From: a virus
Taxonomy: Duplodnaviria > Caudoviricetes
Reading direction: 5' to 3' (one strand)
IMG/VR virus record: IMGVR_UViG_3300006752_000033
Span: 1-54,917 of that record
Length of the DNA: 54,917 nt
Of this stretch, positions 19,506 to 29,200 are shown in pieces. How positions within the stretch are numbered: position 1 is the first letter of the stretch; every line of letters starts with the position of its first letter. A program made the translations under genes and the position numbers. The notes beneath the pieces are model-generated. The model saw only the letters and a program-made list of their open reading frames with translations, made no database searches and was not told where the DNA came from.

Positions 19506-20314
19506 GAGTAAATTATGTATGTTGTAAGTGGGGAACCAAATACGGTCCACACTTCGTCAACAGATTGAAAGAGATGGCAAAAAGAAATACTCCAGACAAG
19601 TTTGAGTTTCACTTTTATTGCTACACCGATAACTCTGAAGGATTTGATGATGATGTTAATGTTATCCCTTTTCCTGACATTCCTGATATTCATCCTAAGT
19701 ATTGGTTTGGCAGTGAAAATTTTAAGTATGGTATGGCCCGCTGTTGGGATCGTCCTAAAACTTTTGTTTTTAATACCCATAATTTTGCTCCTGATAAGCC
19801 TACTGGACGTTTTGTTTTTTTTGACTTGGATGTTATCATTCAACGCGATCTTACACCTGTTATAACATATAACATGGAAAGACCCACCAAGATGAAGTCT
19901 TGGTGGCAAGACCCCAGACCAATGGAGACTAGACAATTTAAGTTGGCTCATGGTGCATATACAAACGGATCGTGTCAAGTGTGGTCAGACGATCAGTGTG
20001 AGTGTATCTGGGAAGATGTGCTAAAAAATCAAAAGAAGATTTGGTTCACATACACTGACGGAACCGATAACTATCATTCATGGAAGTGGGGTAGATACGG
20101 TGAAGACTTGTGGGATCACTTTCCTTCTTGGATGGCATACTCATACAACCGTGGTCGGTCATGGGATGAAGACGATTTGAACGTTGGTATCTACAGACCA
20201 AACTGCATCATCTGCGTGTTCAACGTTGATCTGTTGCCCTTTGAGGATAAGAGTAGAGGTCACACGAAACAAGATGAACTTGCTGATCCTAAATTACTGG
20301 AGCATTGGCGATGA
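19502..20314 (+). CDS. GT-A fold glycosyltransferase-like protein (paralog 3)
   Basis: CCKWGTKYG, CYTDN, FFDLDVII, GTDNY; the GTG start overlaps the upstream TGA. Confidence 0.78.
   Translation: MRVNYVCCKWGTKYGPHFVNRLKEMAKRNTPDKFEFHFYCYTDNSEGFDDDVNVIPFPDIPDIHPKYWFGSENFKYGMARCWDRPKTFVFNTHNFAPDKPTGRFVFFDLDVIIQRDLTPVITYNMERPTKMKSWWQDPRPMETRQFKLAHGAYTNGSCQVWSDDQCECIWEDVLKNQKKIWFTYTDGTDNYHSWKWGRYGEDLWDHFPSWMAYSYNRGRSWDEDDLNVGIYRPNCIICVFNVDLLPFEDKSRGHTKQDELADPKLLEHWR
19647..19865 (+). CDS. Putative overprinted hydrophobic membrane peptide (about 70 aa) in the +1 frame of GT paralog 3
   Basis: AAGGA at 19638-19642 before ATG ATG ATG; almost wholly hydrophobic product; host-frame codons are mostly T-ending only across this interval. 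Confidence 0.5.
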   Translation: MMMLMLSLFLTFLIFILSIGLAVKILSMVWPAVGIVLKLLFLIPIILLLISLLDVLFFLTWMLSFNAILHLL

Positions 20315-20985
20315 ACATCTATACCGTAAAGTGGGGTGACAAATATAATCACCAACATGTCAACAGTATCTATGAACAGTGTTTGAAATATCTAACATGT
20401 GACTTTGATTTTTTCTGTCTAACAGAAGACCCCAAAGGATTGGACCCATCGATTAAGCCTTTGACTCTGCCGGGCGGCAACAAACTACAAAAGTGGTGGA
20501 ACAAGATGTACCTGTTCGACGACAGCATCGTGACCCAAAAAGGCGAGAAGATGTTTTTTGACATTGACACCATCATCCAAAAAAATGTTGATGTGATAGC
20601 TGAGTATGACCCAGAAGATTGTTTGTGTATGGTAAAGACTTGGTGGCACGATCTTGAAACACAATACAAAGACACTAGACACATTCCTCACAAGTTTACG
20701 GATTTAAACTCATCCGTGTTGCGTTGGAATGACAGTCTAAATACTAGAGAACTAACCGAATACTTCAACAAGTATAAAGAACAAATACTGTGGTATTATC
20801 GTGGTCTTGATAACTTCTTCTACAACAGAAGAGTAATCAAAACAAAACTGTTCCCCCTTGGATGGGTGTATAGTTTCAACCAAGGATTTGTTTTTCCCCA
20901 CGACATAGAAAAACATACCTACCGAGAACTACCATACATTTGTATATTTGACTCAATGGGAAAAAGTGAAGATGTTAAATTTTAA
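20311..20985 (+). CDS. GT-A fold glycosyltransferase-like protein (paralog 4)
   Basis: VKWGDKY, CLTED, WWNKMYLF, FFDIDTII, NSSVLRW, GLDNFF; ATGA overlap with the upstream gene. Confidence 0.78.
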   Translation: MNIYTVKWGDKYNHQHVNSIYEQCLKYLTCDFDFFCLTEDPKGLDPSIKPLTLPGGNKLQKWWNKMYLFDDSIVTQKGEKMFFDIDTIIQKNVDVIAEYDPEDCLCMVKTWWHDLETQYKDTRHIPHKFTDLNSSVLRWNDSLNTRELTEYFNKYKEQILWYYRGLDNFFYNRRVIKTKLFPLGWVYSFNQGFVFPHDIEKHTYRELPYICIFDSMGKSEDVKF

Positions 20986-21655
20986 TTTCTTAAATAATTT
21001 CAAACACTGGGGCGAGGCCCTAAGTATCATAGAACATAAGATGCCACACAAACTGGCAGACTTCAGACAGTCTTTGTCAGAGAACAACGTGGAATCAAGT
21101 GTTTGGTTGGTCGAGGAACTACAAAAGTATCTTGATGAATACTATGCAAAGCCTGGGAGTCTCAGAGTACTGATCCTAAATTCTTGGTTAGGAATGCCTA
21201 TGGTCCCGTTGATCTGTGAGAACCTAGACGTAGCACAGATTCACATGGTTGACTTGGATGAAGAGTCGATTGAGTTGTCAAAGATTTTTCACAAACACTA
21301 CGCTCAAGAAAAGTTTGTCAACATTCGACACTGGAATTTGGATATCCCATTTGAGTTTGAAAACCTCAACAAGATTGAAGTAGATGTTGTGATCTGTATT
21401 CACACAGAACAAATGTATCCCCTAGAAGAACTAGTTACAAAGAATCCCAATGCAGTATTCGCCATGCAAAACTCTAACGTGGTTGAAGAGATGTATGGTA
21501 TAAACTGTGTGGGTTCTATTGAAGAGTTAAAAGATCAGATCGGATTGCCTGATGCAGAATTTGAGGGCACCATCAAACAAACTTATCACTCTTGGGACGG
21601 AAAAAAAGAATACGATAGGTTTATGATTATCGGCCAGAAGGAAGGATTCTTTTGA
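20972..21655 (+). CDS. Class I SAM-methyltransferase-like protein (divergent motif I)
   Basis: VLILNSWLG (motif I-like), MVDLDEE (acidic motif II), DVVIC..TE, C-terminal RFMIIG. Confidence 0.55.
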   Translation: MLNFNFLNNFKHWGEALSIIEHKMPHKLADFRQSLSENNVESSVWLVEELQKYLDEYYAKPGSLRVLILNSWLGMPMVPLICENLDVAQIHMVDLDEESIELSKIFHKHYAQEKFVNIRHWNLDIPFEFENLNKIEVDVVICIHTEQMYPLEELVTKNPNAVFAMQNSNVVEEMYGINCVGSIEELKDQIGLPDAEFEGTIKQTYHSWDGKKEYDRFMIIGQKEGFF

Positions 21656-22385
21656 TTAAACTGTCTGCAATTGATTGGTGAGTATCAATTCCGTAGTGGA
21701 ATCCTTCTCTGCCAACGTCAACGGAATTTACTTCAAAGTCCTTGTTGAAATCAAATTGATAGACTTGATGCATATTAGAAATATTTTTTAATGCCATCTC
21801 ATGCAGCAATCTGCGAGATTTATTATATCCAATGTCATTGCAAGACAGAAAAAATTCCGACAGTCCACGCAGATCAAACACCTCTTCATATTTTTGTACA
21901 TGGGTTGAAATAAGAGGGAGAACCATATCATCCATATGCGGAAGAATTATATAATTTCTTGAATCGAATAACCACTCCCACAATATAAATCTGGGAGAGT
22001 ATGTGGATAGATACCATAATAGATTTGAAATGTTTATGTCATGCGGCACACCAGGCAAAGACATGTTGTAATAGTCCATACCCAAACCTTTTGCAATAAT
22101 TGATGGGTAGCACTTATCTTCTGGAACTCCAATACCAAAGGTCTGAGAACCACCTACAACTAAGAAGTGATTTGTTTTATCAAAAGTTTTTGGTGTTCTG
22201 TGTCCAGCAAAATTGAAGTCATATGATATTCGGTGACCATAGTGTTCATTGTAGCTAGAAAAATTTGGATTGTCGGATAACAAATATTCGGTGATGCTGT
22301 TAGATTCATAACCAACAACCCGTCCATCGTCAACGGTTTTAACTTTTGGCCAGAGTTGATCGCCTTCTTTGTGCATCAAACTCAT
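21627..22385 (-). CDS. SGNH/GDSL-like protein
   Basis: VVGGSQTFGIGV block I, YNMSLPG block II, terminal GFHYG..TH..IA. Confidence 0.6.
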   Translation of the reverse strand: MSLMHKEGDQLWPKVKTVDDGRVVGYESNSITEYLLSDNPNFSSYNEHYGHRISYDFNFAGHRTPKTFDKTNHFLVVGGSQTFGIGVPEDKCYPSIIAKGLGMDYYNMSLPGVPHDINISNLLWYLSTYSPRFILWEWLFDSRNYIILPHMDDMVLPLISTHVQKYEEVFDLRGLSEFFLSCNDIGYNKSRRLLHEMALKNISNMHQVYQFDFNKDFEVNSVDVGREGFHYGIDTHQSIADSLIKRILPSGR

Positions 22386-22990
22386 TCTGCACTAATATCC
22401 TCTACCATCATCTCCCACATATTTTTATCTGGAACAACAAATCCAATAGTTTGTCTAGGACTAGTTGACCCCGCGCAGTGCCAATATGGTGTCTCATCTT
22501 TACTACCATAATATCCCACCTTAACAGACCATCCAGCTGGGTCTTGGGTGTTTTTGATCTCACCATCTTCTAGGTATCTGAAGAATCCACCACCGTCACT
22601 ATGAGATAATAGAATATTGTAGCCGGGACAATCCCAATTACAGTGCCACGACATGAATCCGTTTGGTGGATAGTATACATGTACCGCAGTATACTTTGCT
22701 CCCAGATAAGAAGATAGGGAAGAACAAAACTCCAGTGACTTTAATCTAGCATCTTCTGGTACATTTGTATTTCTTTGCAAACTGCATGTAATACCAAACT
22801 CTGGCGGACCTCTGTGATCTTTGCCTTTTTCTATTACGGTGTCTAGATATTCCTTGGAACAATAGTAATCCATCCCCAAACCGTCCTTGTGGTTTTCTTC
22901 GGTTGGGAGTTTAAAATCTTTCTTATTGAACCAAGAAATATAATCGTCAAGAAACTTGTGCAGCTCTTGATTTATTGGTATGCTTCTCAT
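22382..22990 (-). CDS. 2OG-Fe(II) oxygenase/cupin-like protein
   Basis: YYPPNGFMSWHCN ... YWHCAG ... RQTIGF, matching the HxX...H...R layout of a double-stranded beta-helix fold. Confidence 0.55.
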   Translation of the reverse strand: MRSIPINQELHKFLDDYISWFNKKDFKLPTEENHKDGLGMDYYCSKEYLDTVIEKGKDHRGPPEFGITCSLQRNTNVPEDARLKSLEFCSSLSSYLGAKYTAVHVYYPPNGFMSWHCNWDCPGYNILLSHSDGGGFFRYLEDGEIKNTQDPAGWSVKVGYYGSKDETPYWHCAGSTSPRQTIGFVVPDKNMWEMMVEDISAE

Positions 22991-23675
22991 TTAGTGTGAC
23001 ATTTCCTAAGCTGTAGTGAGTGATGATTACATCTTGACCTTCTAACTCTTCTGGCCTTTGCCCCATACAAAAATTCCACCTCGCATCTGGTGATGGAAAA
23101 TCTCCTATCTTTATGGTATCTTTATGTTTAGTTTTATTTAGTAAGTACCACATGGTAAACGTATCCCAAGGTCTGGCCTTTTCTGGGTACGGACTCATAT
23201 CGTGATCTCTGTTGATCTGTTTGCAATAGTATTCATACCAATCGTCCATCAACTCAACTATCTGCATATTCTTCCTGTACAGAAAAATGCCACAATGGTA
23301 GATCATCTCTTCTTCTTCATTTAGTTGAGTGATCTTTGAATTGTAGGGTCGATTGCGAGTGAAGATTATATCATTGTCTTCAATATAATTAAATATAGTT
23401 TGGATGTCTTCACTCTGAACCCATGTGTCGCAGTCTACATAGAGTGTCAGATCATATGGTGTTCTTGATAGAGCCCATAGTTTTGTTCTAGTGTGATTGG
23501 GTATGTCCGTGACAATGCGATCAAATATTTCATGATCTTCTTCTTCTACCCATTCTGGTAGAGTAAATAAACAAATATTAGCTTCTGGGTGAAAATCTAG
23601 AAGGGACAGGGCAGACTCTTTCGCAGCCAGATAATATTCATATCTGACTGTCGCTACATATAGATATCCGTTCAT
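22947..23675 (-). CDS. Nucleotide-diphospho-sugar transferase (GT-A; distinct from the plus-strand paralogs)
   Basis: TKLWALSRTPYDLTLYVDCDT (DxD), HCGIFLY, WDTF, ARWNF, IITHY. Confidence 0.75.
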   Translation of the reverse strand: MNGYLYVATVRYEYYLAAKESALSLLDFHPEANICLFTLPEWVEEEDHEIFDRIVTDIPNHTRTKLWALSRTPYDLTLYVDCDTWVQSEDIQTIFNYIEDNDIIFTRNRPYNSKITQLNEEEEMIYHCGIFLYRKNMQIVELMDDWYEYYCKQINRDHDMSPYPEKARPWDTFTMWYLLNKTKHKDTIKIGDFPSPDARWNFCMGQRPEELEGQDVIITHYSLGNVTLNEKHTNKSRAAQVS

Positions 23676-24109
23676 TCTGACTTATTGAGTTCTTCTTGAA
23701 TAAGAATAGTCGCGATTGCTTGTACTTCGATGAGTGACTTTGATTTTCTAAGAAGTTTTTTGAATTCTTTGTTGTCAGAGTTTTTGATGTACTCGGACTC
23801 AAATGCTTGCAGTTTCATTTCAAACAGAGTTTCTTGTTTCACCCTGTTTACATGAACCTCCTGCATCTCTTCTCTTTTCTTATGTTCTTCGTCAACACCT
23901 TCTTTGTGAAGTTTGGTGTTCTCATTCAACACCTCTTCTCCAAACTCTTCCATGATCGCATCAAAGTCTTTGTTGACTAGTCCTTCTTCTGGATTTCCAA
24001 CGTTGATGTTACAGGGGCGGTAAACGTCACCAATAAGAATCTCACAGAAAACTCTGCGGTTCTCTTTGTTGATCCAGCGGGGGTTGCGATATTTTGGTTG
24101 GGGTTCCAT
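23672..24109 (-). CDS. Hypothetical protein, possibly a fibre-assembly chaperone
   Basis: GAGG RBS before ATG 24109; the NPRWIN...FCEI start resembles fibre-chaperone N-termini; helical charged C-terminus. Confidence 0.55.
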   Translation of the reverse strand: MEPQPKYRNPRWINKENRRVFCEILIGDVYRPCNINVGNPEEGLVNKDFDAIMEEFGEEVLNENTKLHKEGVDEEHKKREEMQEVHVNRVKQETLFEMKLQAFESEYIKNSDNKEFKKLLRKSKSLIEVQAIATILIQEELNKSE

Positions 24110-24126
24110 GATATTCCTCATACTAT

Positions 24127-24163
24127 AAAAAATACTATGAGTGCATTATAACACTCATCTAGT
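24127..24163 (-). terminator. Hairpin / weak terminator candidate
   Basis: ATGAGTG-8 nt-CACTCAT (24137-24158), extendable with a bulge, followed on the minus strand by a T run. Confidence 0.4.
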
Positions 24164-24178
24164 ATATATGTCAAATGG

Positions 24179-25153
24179 TTAAGCAGTTCTTATAAAGAGT
24201 TGTTTCGTTTCCTGAGTAGAACTAGAAGTTTGAATAGTGTTACCGGCATACTCACCGTAGTAAGTTCCTGAGTATGTACCAGCATAGGCACCTTCCAAGA
24301 ATCCGTTGAATATTCTGTCATAGTATCCAACATAGGAACCAGCATATTCACCAGAATAATTTTCTGAAACAATGTCTTTAACTTGGTCGGTCATGGTTCC
24401 ACCCATCTGAGCCCAAGTCCCAGTAGCAGTCGGAGAACCAGTTTGTAGTAAATATGTACCAACACCAGAAGCAATGATTCTGTTTCTGAAAGCAGGAACT
24501 AGAGTTTCTACATCAGCGTCTGCCATCTCATCAATGTTACCATCTACATCAGTTTGGAGAAGCATATTGGTATCAGAGCCTGCATCCGTTGTCGGCGCAG
24601 TTTTTTGCCAAAGATAATAGTCTACGGTAGTGCCATCGGTTTGCGTATCTGGGATAGTATACCGAGCGGTCCACGTTCCACCAGAAGGGGTAGAAGTATC
24701 GATTTTATACTGTCCTACTGTGTTAGCAGATTCCGTTGCCATTGCCTGGATAACTTCGTCTAAAATATCGGAATCAATTTCTCCGTCCGTCATTTCATCT
24801 ACGGATGTGTTTGTCCATCGCAATGGTCTGATTTGACCGGACTCACTCACACTCGCAACGGGTTGATTGAAACGAAATGTAGTTGTAGTGAGAGTGCCAG
24901 CTGCGGGGTGAGTTCCCACGGATTCCGTTCTTGCTCTGTCTGAGAAAGTACCAATCTCATCAGAACCAGCAGAACCTCCAGTGACAACATTCAGTTCAGC
25001 AGTACCAGACCCATCCGTATCAGTAGCAAACTTTTGGGTAATAACACCAGCGATCTGTTCCCTAATTTGAGTTGCTGTCAGTTCACGAAATCCCTGTAAC
25101 CCATCAGCGGCTACTGGATAGCTTCCAGCTTCAAGTGTTATTGGACCAGCCAT
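24179..25153 (-). CDS. Virion structural protein with a Tyr-x-Gly repeat segment
   Basis: Acidic and Thr-rich; YSGEYAGSYVGYY...AYAGTYSGTYYGEYAG near the C-terminus; last gene of a late structural run. Confidence 0.65.
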   Translation of the reverse strand: MAGPITLEAGSYPVAADGLQGFRELTATQIREQIAGVITQKFATDTDGSGTAELNVVTGGSAGSDEIGTFSDRARTESVGTHPAAGTLTTTTFRFNQPVASVSESGQIRPLRWTNTSVDEMTDGEIDSDILDEVIQAMATESANTVGQYKIDTSTPSGGTWTARYTIPDTQTDGTTVDYYLWQKTAPTTDAGSDTNMLLQTDVDGNIDEMADADVETLVPAFRNRIIASGVGTYLLQTGSPTATGTWAQMGGTMTDQVKDIVSENYSGEYAGSYVGYYDRIFNGFLEGAYAGTYSGTYYGEYAGNTIQTSSSTQETKQLFIRTA

Positions 25154-25163
25154 TTCTAACTCC

Positions 25164-26003
25164 TTAGTTAATCAAAGTGCCACTAGAATTATATACAGCA
25201 ATACTTCTGTGTTTAATCCAATCAGTAGCATCTTTACATGTCAAAGTAAATGTAGTTTTTGCGGGAAGAGTAACAGCAATGTTTGCAGTACCACCCTCAA
25301 TAGAATCTGAAGTATTCGGATACAATTCGCAATCGGTCGTTGTGGTATTCGTCACAATGATTGACAACCCCGCCGCGGCGGTAGGCAATTTAACACCCTG
25401 CGTAGAACCACCAACAGTAGTAATTATGTTGAAAGTTTCTGTGAGTTCAGTTGCATCAGATTGATTCGTTCCAGCAGAAGATACGTTAGCAGTTACGCCA
25501 ATTTTCAAGTCGCCCAGAAGTTCAGCAGTACCGTTGATTGTGAAATCTTCTACGTTACTACCACCGGAACCAACCTGACTCCAAGTACCAGTACCCGTAG
25601 CAATTAATTCGTAACCATTAGCAGTTACCAGATCGACGGCCGTTGATCCGTCAATAGTCTCTGTTCCTGCGTTACCGTAAACCTTAACAGTGTTACCACT
25701 AGTGTTAAAGACGTTTACAAGCAATCCAGCAGTAGCAGCAGGAAGTACAACACCCTGACCAGAAGAAGCAGTCGAGATGATGTTGTAAGTTTTTGTGAGT
25801 GCAGTAGCGGTAGCTGCATCAGCACCAGCGGCAGAAACTGCCGCGGCAACACCAAGGGTTAAATTACCCGATGCCGTCAGTGTTCCGAAAGATGCATTAT
25901 CACCACTCTCATATTTTGCATTATTGAGGTTCGTAAAGTTGGTGTCCACCTCGGTGTTAGTGAGCGGAGACCCCTTCGATGCCCTTAAAGTTATCGTAGC
26001 CAT
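25164..26003 (-). CDS. Virion structural protein with a tandemly duplicated beta domain
   Basis: ITLRASKGSPLTNTEVDTNFTNLN N-terminus; two copies of VS.AG....AT.LT.T.NII...QGV.LP.A.AGL. Confidence 0.75.
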   Translation of the reverse strand: MATITLRASKGSPLTNTEVDTNFTNLNNAKYESGDNASFGTLTASGNLTLGVAAAVSAAGADAATATALTKTYNIISTASSGQGVVLPAATAGLLVNVFNTSGNTVKVYGNAGTETIDGSTAVDLVTANGYELIATGTGTWSQVGSGGSNVEDFTINGTAELLGDLKIGVTANVSSAGTNQSDATELTETFNIITTVGGSTQGVKLPTAAAGLSIIVTNTTTTDCELYPNTSDSIEGGTANIAVTLPAKTTFTLTCKDATDWIKHRSIAVYNSSGTLIN

Positions 26004-26011
26004 TTTAGTCC

Positions 26012-26251
26012 CTATCTATCATTTTGTTTTAAAGAATTAGTAACTTGTATCAAGAGGTCTTTCATTTCTTGAAATTCTTCTTTCAGACTATTTATATCAT
26101 CTGACATTTTGGAAATATTTCTTTTCGATATCTGTTGTTTTGCAATACGTTGTTTGTATGCAGCAAGGGCATCATTGTCAACAGACAACAATGCGCCAGA
26201 ACCTTCATCTCTAGAAAAGTGTTTCCTTGATACTTTATTGTCCATGTCCAT
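26012..26251 (-). CDS. Small hypothetical protein with a coiled-coil C-terminus
   Basis: RDEGSGALLSVD...DINSLKEEFQEMKDLL; tightly packed in the operon. Confidence 0.7.
   Translation of the reverse strand: MDMDNKVSRKHFSRDEGSGALLSVDNDALAAYKQRIAKQQISKRNISKMSDDINSLKEEFQEMKDLLIQVTNSLKQNDR
26089..26096 (-). promoter_or_regulatory. T4-type late promoter TATAAATA (intragenic, upstream of 26003)
   Basis: Exact consensus about 85 nt upstream of the next ATG. Confidence 0.55.
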
Positions 26252-26256
26252 TTTAT

Positions 26257-29200
26257 TTATGCACTATCCTGTACACCAGCTTGCAAGGCAATCATTCTCA
26301 GTTGTTTTAGTCTTGGTATCACAGAAGTGTTCGATGCAAGTAATACAATCTTACACTGGAAATATTTAAATCCGGTGTGTGTTACAGTTTCTAGTTGAAT
26401 ACTACTGGGGGTGAATGTTGCCCTATCACCAATATACTGCCAAACGCAAGTCCCGTCTGATGCGGTGTCATTGAGAGCAGAACCATCAAGTGCGTGGCCG
26501 GGGTTTGTGTTCTCAGACAATGCATTGGTTGTACCAGGCGTTATACATCTGTAGATTCTTTCTACCCCAGCAGTAGTATCGGTATCAGCAACAACAGTAT
26601 TTACTGGATATGTTTCACTACCCTGATGATCCAATCCAATCTTGATAGTCGGCGCGACCCCATTAAAGTTGGCGCCTGGGTTCAATACATCAAAATCTCC
26701 CTGTAGGACTCCACTATTTATGGTTCTGAACACAATATCAGTACTTGTGCCTCCATCAACAAAGACGGTAGCCTCGTCCAAAGAACTATACCCGCTACCC
26801 CCATTCAAAACTAGAGCGGTTGGGTTGAGTCTACTGGTGTCATAAAAATACTTACCACCGGACAGTGAAGTCTGAGGTAGTTTATATTCCATATCTACGA
26901 ATGAGTTGTTGTTTAGAGAACCATTTCGGTTATTTGAACCAAAGACCATCTCAACCCAATTCTTCTCTCTCCTAATATCAATATCGTCGTGAGCGGTTAC
27001 TCCCCTAAAATATACCTTAACTTCTGATCCAGGCGGAGTAAATTGTCCAACAGACAAATGAATATCTTCTGCTTCTTGTCCGTCTGCCAGTCTAACAATC
27101 TTACTAATAAATCTAGCCCTAGCATTACCACCAGCAGCATTCTCTTCATTTGCATAATCGTTGTTCACCAAGTACTCTCTAACTTCAGCAGAAGTTCTAG
27201 ATGGATTTAATATTGGTGATACTGTCGATACAGCATTACTGAGTTGAACCCTGTGTCGGTAACTCTTTTTCTCCATGATGTTTCCACCTACGGCGAATCC
27301 CAATTCTCCACTGAGAGAATATACAGCACATTCTTGATTAGTGGGCATCAACATTGTCGGAATCATCGGCGTGAATGTACTACCTGCTTGGTTGACACCG
27401 GACGAATTTGTAACCGCTCGGAAAACTTGAGTATCAGTAGAGTCATAATCCCTGAGCGTCATATTTGTTCTAGTGACATTAATAATCTTTTTGAGACCAG
27501 CCTCTTTGATATAGAATGATTTTATCCCAATCTTTCTTTGGAACCACAAATCATCAACTTGAGGTAACAGTGAAGTATCTCCGTTTAGGATTGCAGTGAC
27601 ATCAACCTCTCTTTCAAAGGGTGCGTCTGGGAGAATGAAGTCGTATCTATCCAACACGTTATCCACTTTTTTCATTAACATCTTCTTGGGACGCATATTG
27701 ACAGTAAATCCAACACCACTACCAGTGGTAGATCCTTGTGCAAAAACAACGTCTGATTGACAAGGCACAGGAAGCAGGGTGCTGAGATCGCCGTTGATAA
27801 ACTCGAAATTGCCTTGGCCAATACTGTCTACACCGCAAGTGTAAGGCCAATTTCTGTAACTGGCGTTAGAACCATCAGAATATTGGAGTGCTTTAATCGT
27901 CAGAACTTCGCCACCGCCACCTACAGTTAGTACCTCAAACTTAATTCCACTCGGTACATTAGTTTTCGTGGAAGAGTCTATATTGATTACATCACCGACA
28001 CTGTATCCAGTTCCTGCGTTGCCAATCGAGTTCTTGAAACTATACCAAGTTCCTGGCTCGTTCTTGTCAGGTTTGCCACCAATAAAGTCTTTTGCACTTA
28101 CAAATTCTGCGTGTTCGTTGACGAATTCAACCTCACCAGTTCCAGTGGGGAATGTCCATGCATACATAACAAACTTCAAATCTTCCTGTTGATGTGGAGT
28201 CCACGTTCTGTTATTAGCAGATGTGAATAGAATTCCAGAGAAAGCTTCTTCTGCGGTAACTCTATCTGCTGCAGTACCAATTTTAGTCTCACCCAACTTA
28301 GAACACCAGATGTCATAATTCGGATCATTATTCTCTGGAATTATAATAAAAGCATATTCTTTGGTTGGATCAAGAACAACTGGTTTTTGGAGACTTTCTT
28401 GTGAAAGACCAATTCTAAAGTCAGCAACATTCCCAGTTCTGAACGAGCTTAAATCTGGACCCTTACCAAAGTCAAAGTTCGTAGAAAACTCATCTCTGAA
28501 GTCAAAGTTTGTAGCGTTTCCACCAGACAGGTCGGGTGTAGTTTTGATCGCGTTGTAAGGCAGTGTTGATCTGCCAATCACAACATTTGTTGGATAACCA
28601 GCTGAATTACACTGTCTGATTTCCATCGTTAGTTTTCTACCAGTACCAGTGTTGATTGGGCTGGTATCAAGATTGGAAATTCCGTCCTTTTCGCCTGGTC
28701 TTGATCTGAACCAAACCTTAACTCTAGATAAGAATACTTCTGTCGGTGACTGATCTACCGCGAACGACTGTGCAATAGGATCGCCAAACCTAATTGGCGG
28801 GTGGAATACATATACTGGGTTGGTTACATCAATCGTGGTCTCTACGTCTGTGATATCGACACTTATTGTAGCTGCACTATTTTCAACACCAGTTACTGTA
28901 GTACCAACAACAGCACTACTCGTACCACCCGTAGTACTACCATACTCTAGTTGATATAACTCGGCAGTCAAACTTACTTCCTGCGTTGTTTGGTGCATAC
29001 CAAATGCGGAATATTGGTTCTCTGCCATCGTAGTAATAAAGTTGTTTCTATTCGTAGGGTCATCTACAACAAAGATTCTTCTAGTACCAACAGGGAATCT
29101 ATCGCCTGGCAGATTAAGAGTAAATGCACAATCACCCGCGTCATCGGTCTTAATTACATCGGGGAAATTGACAACACCATCAATCGTTTCTCCCGAATTG

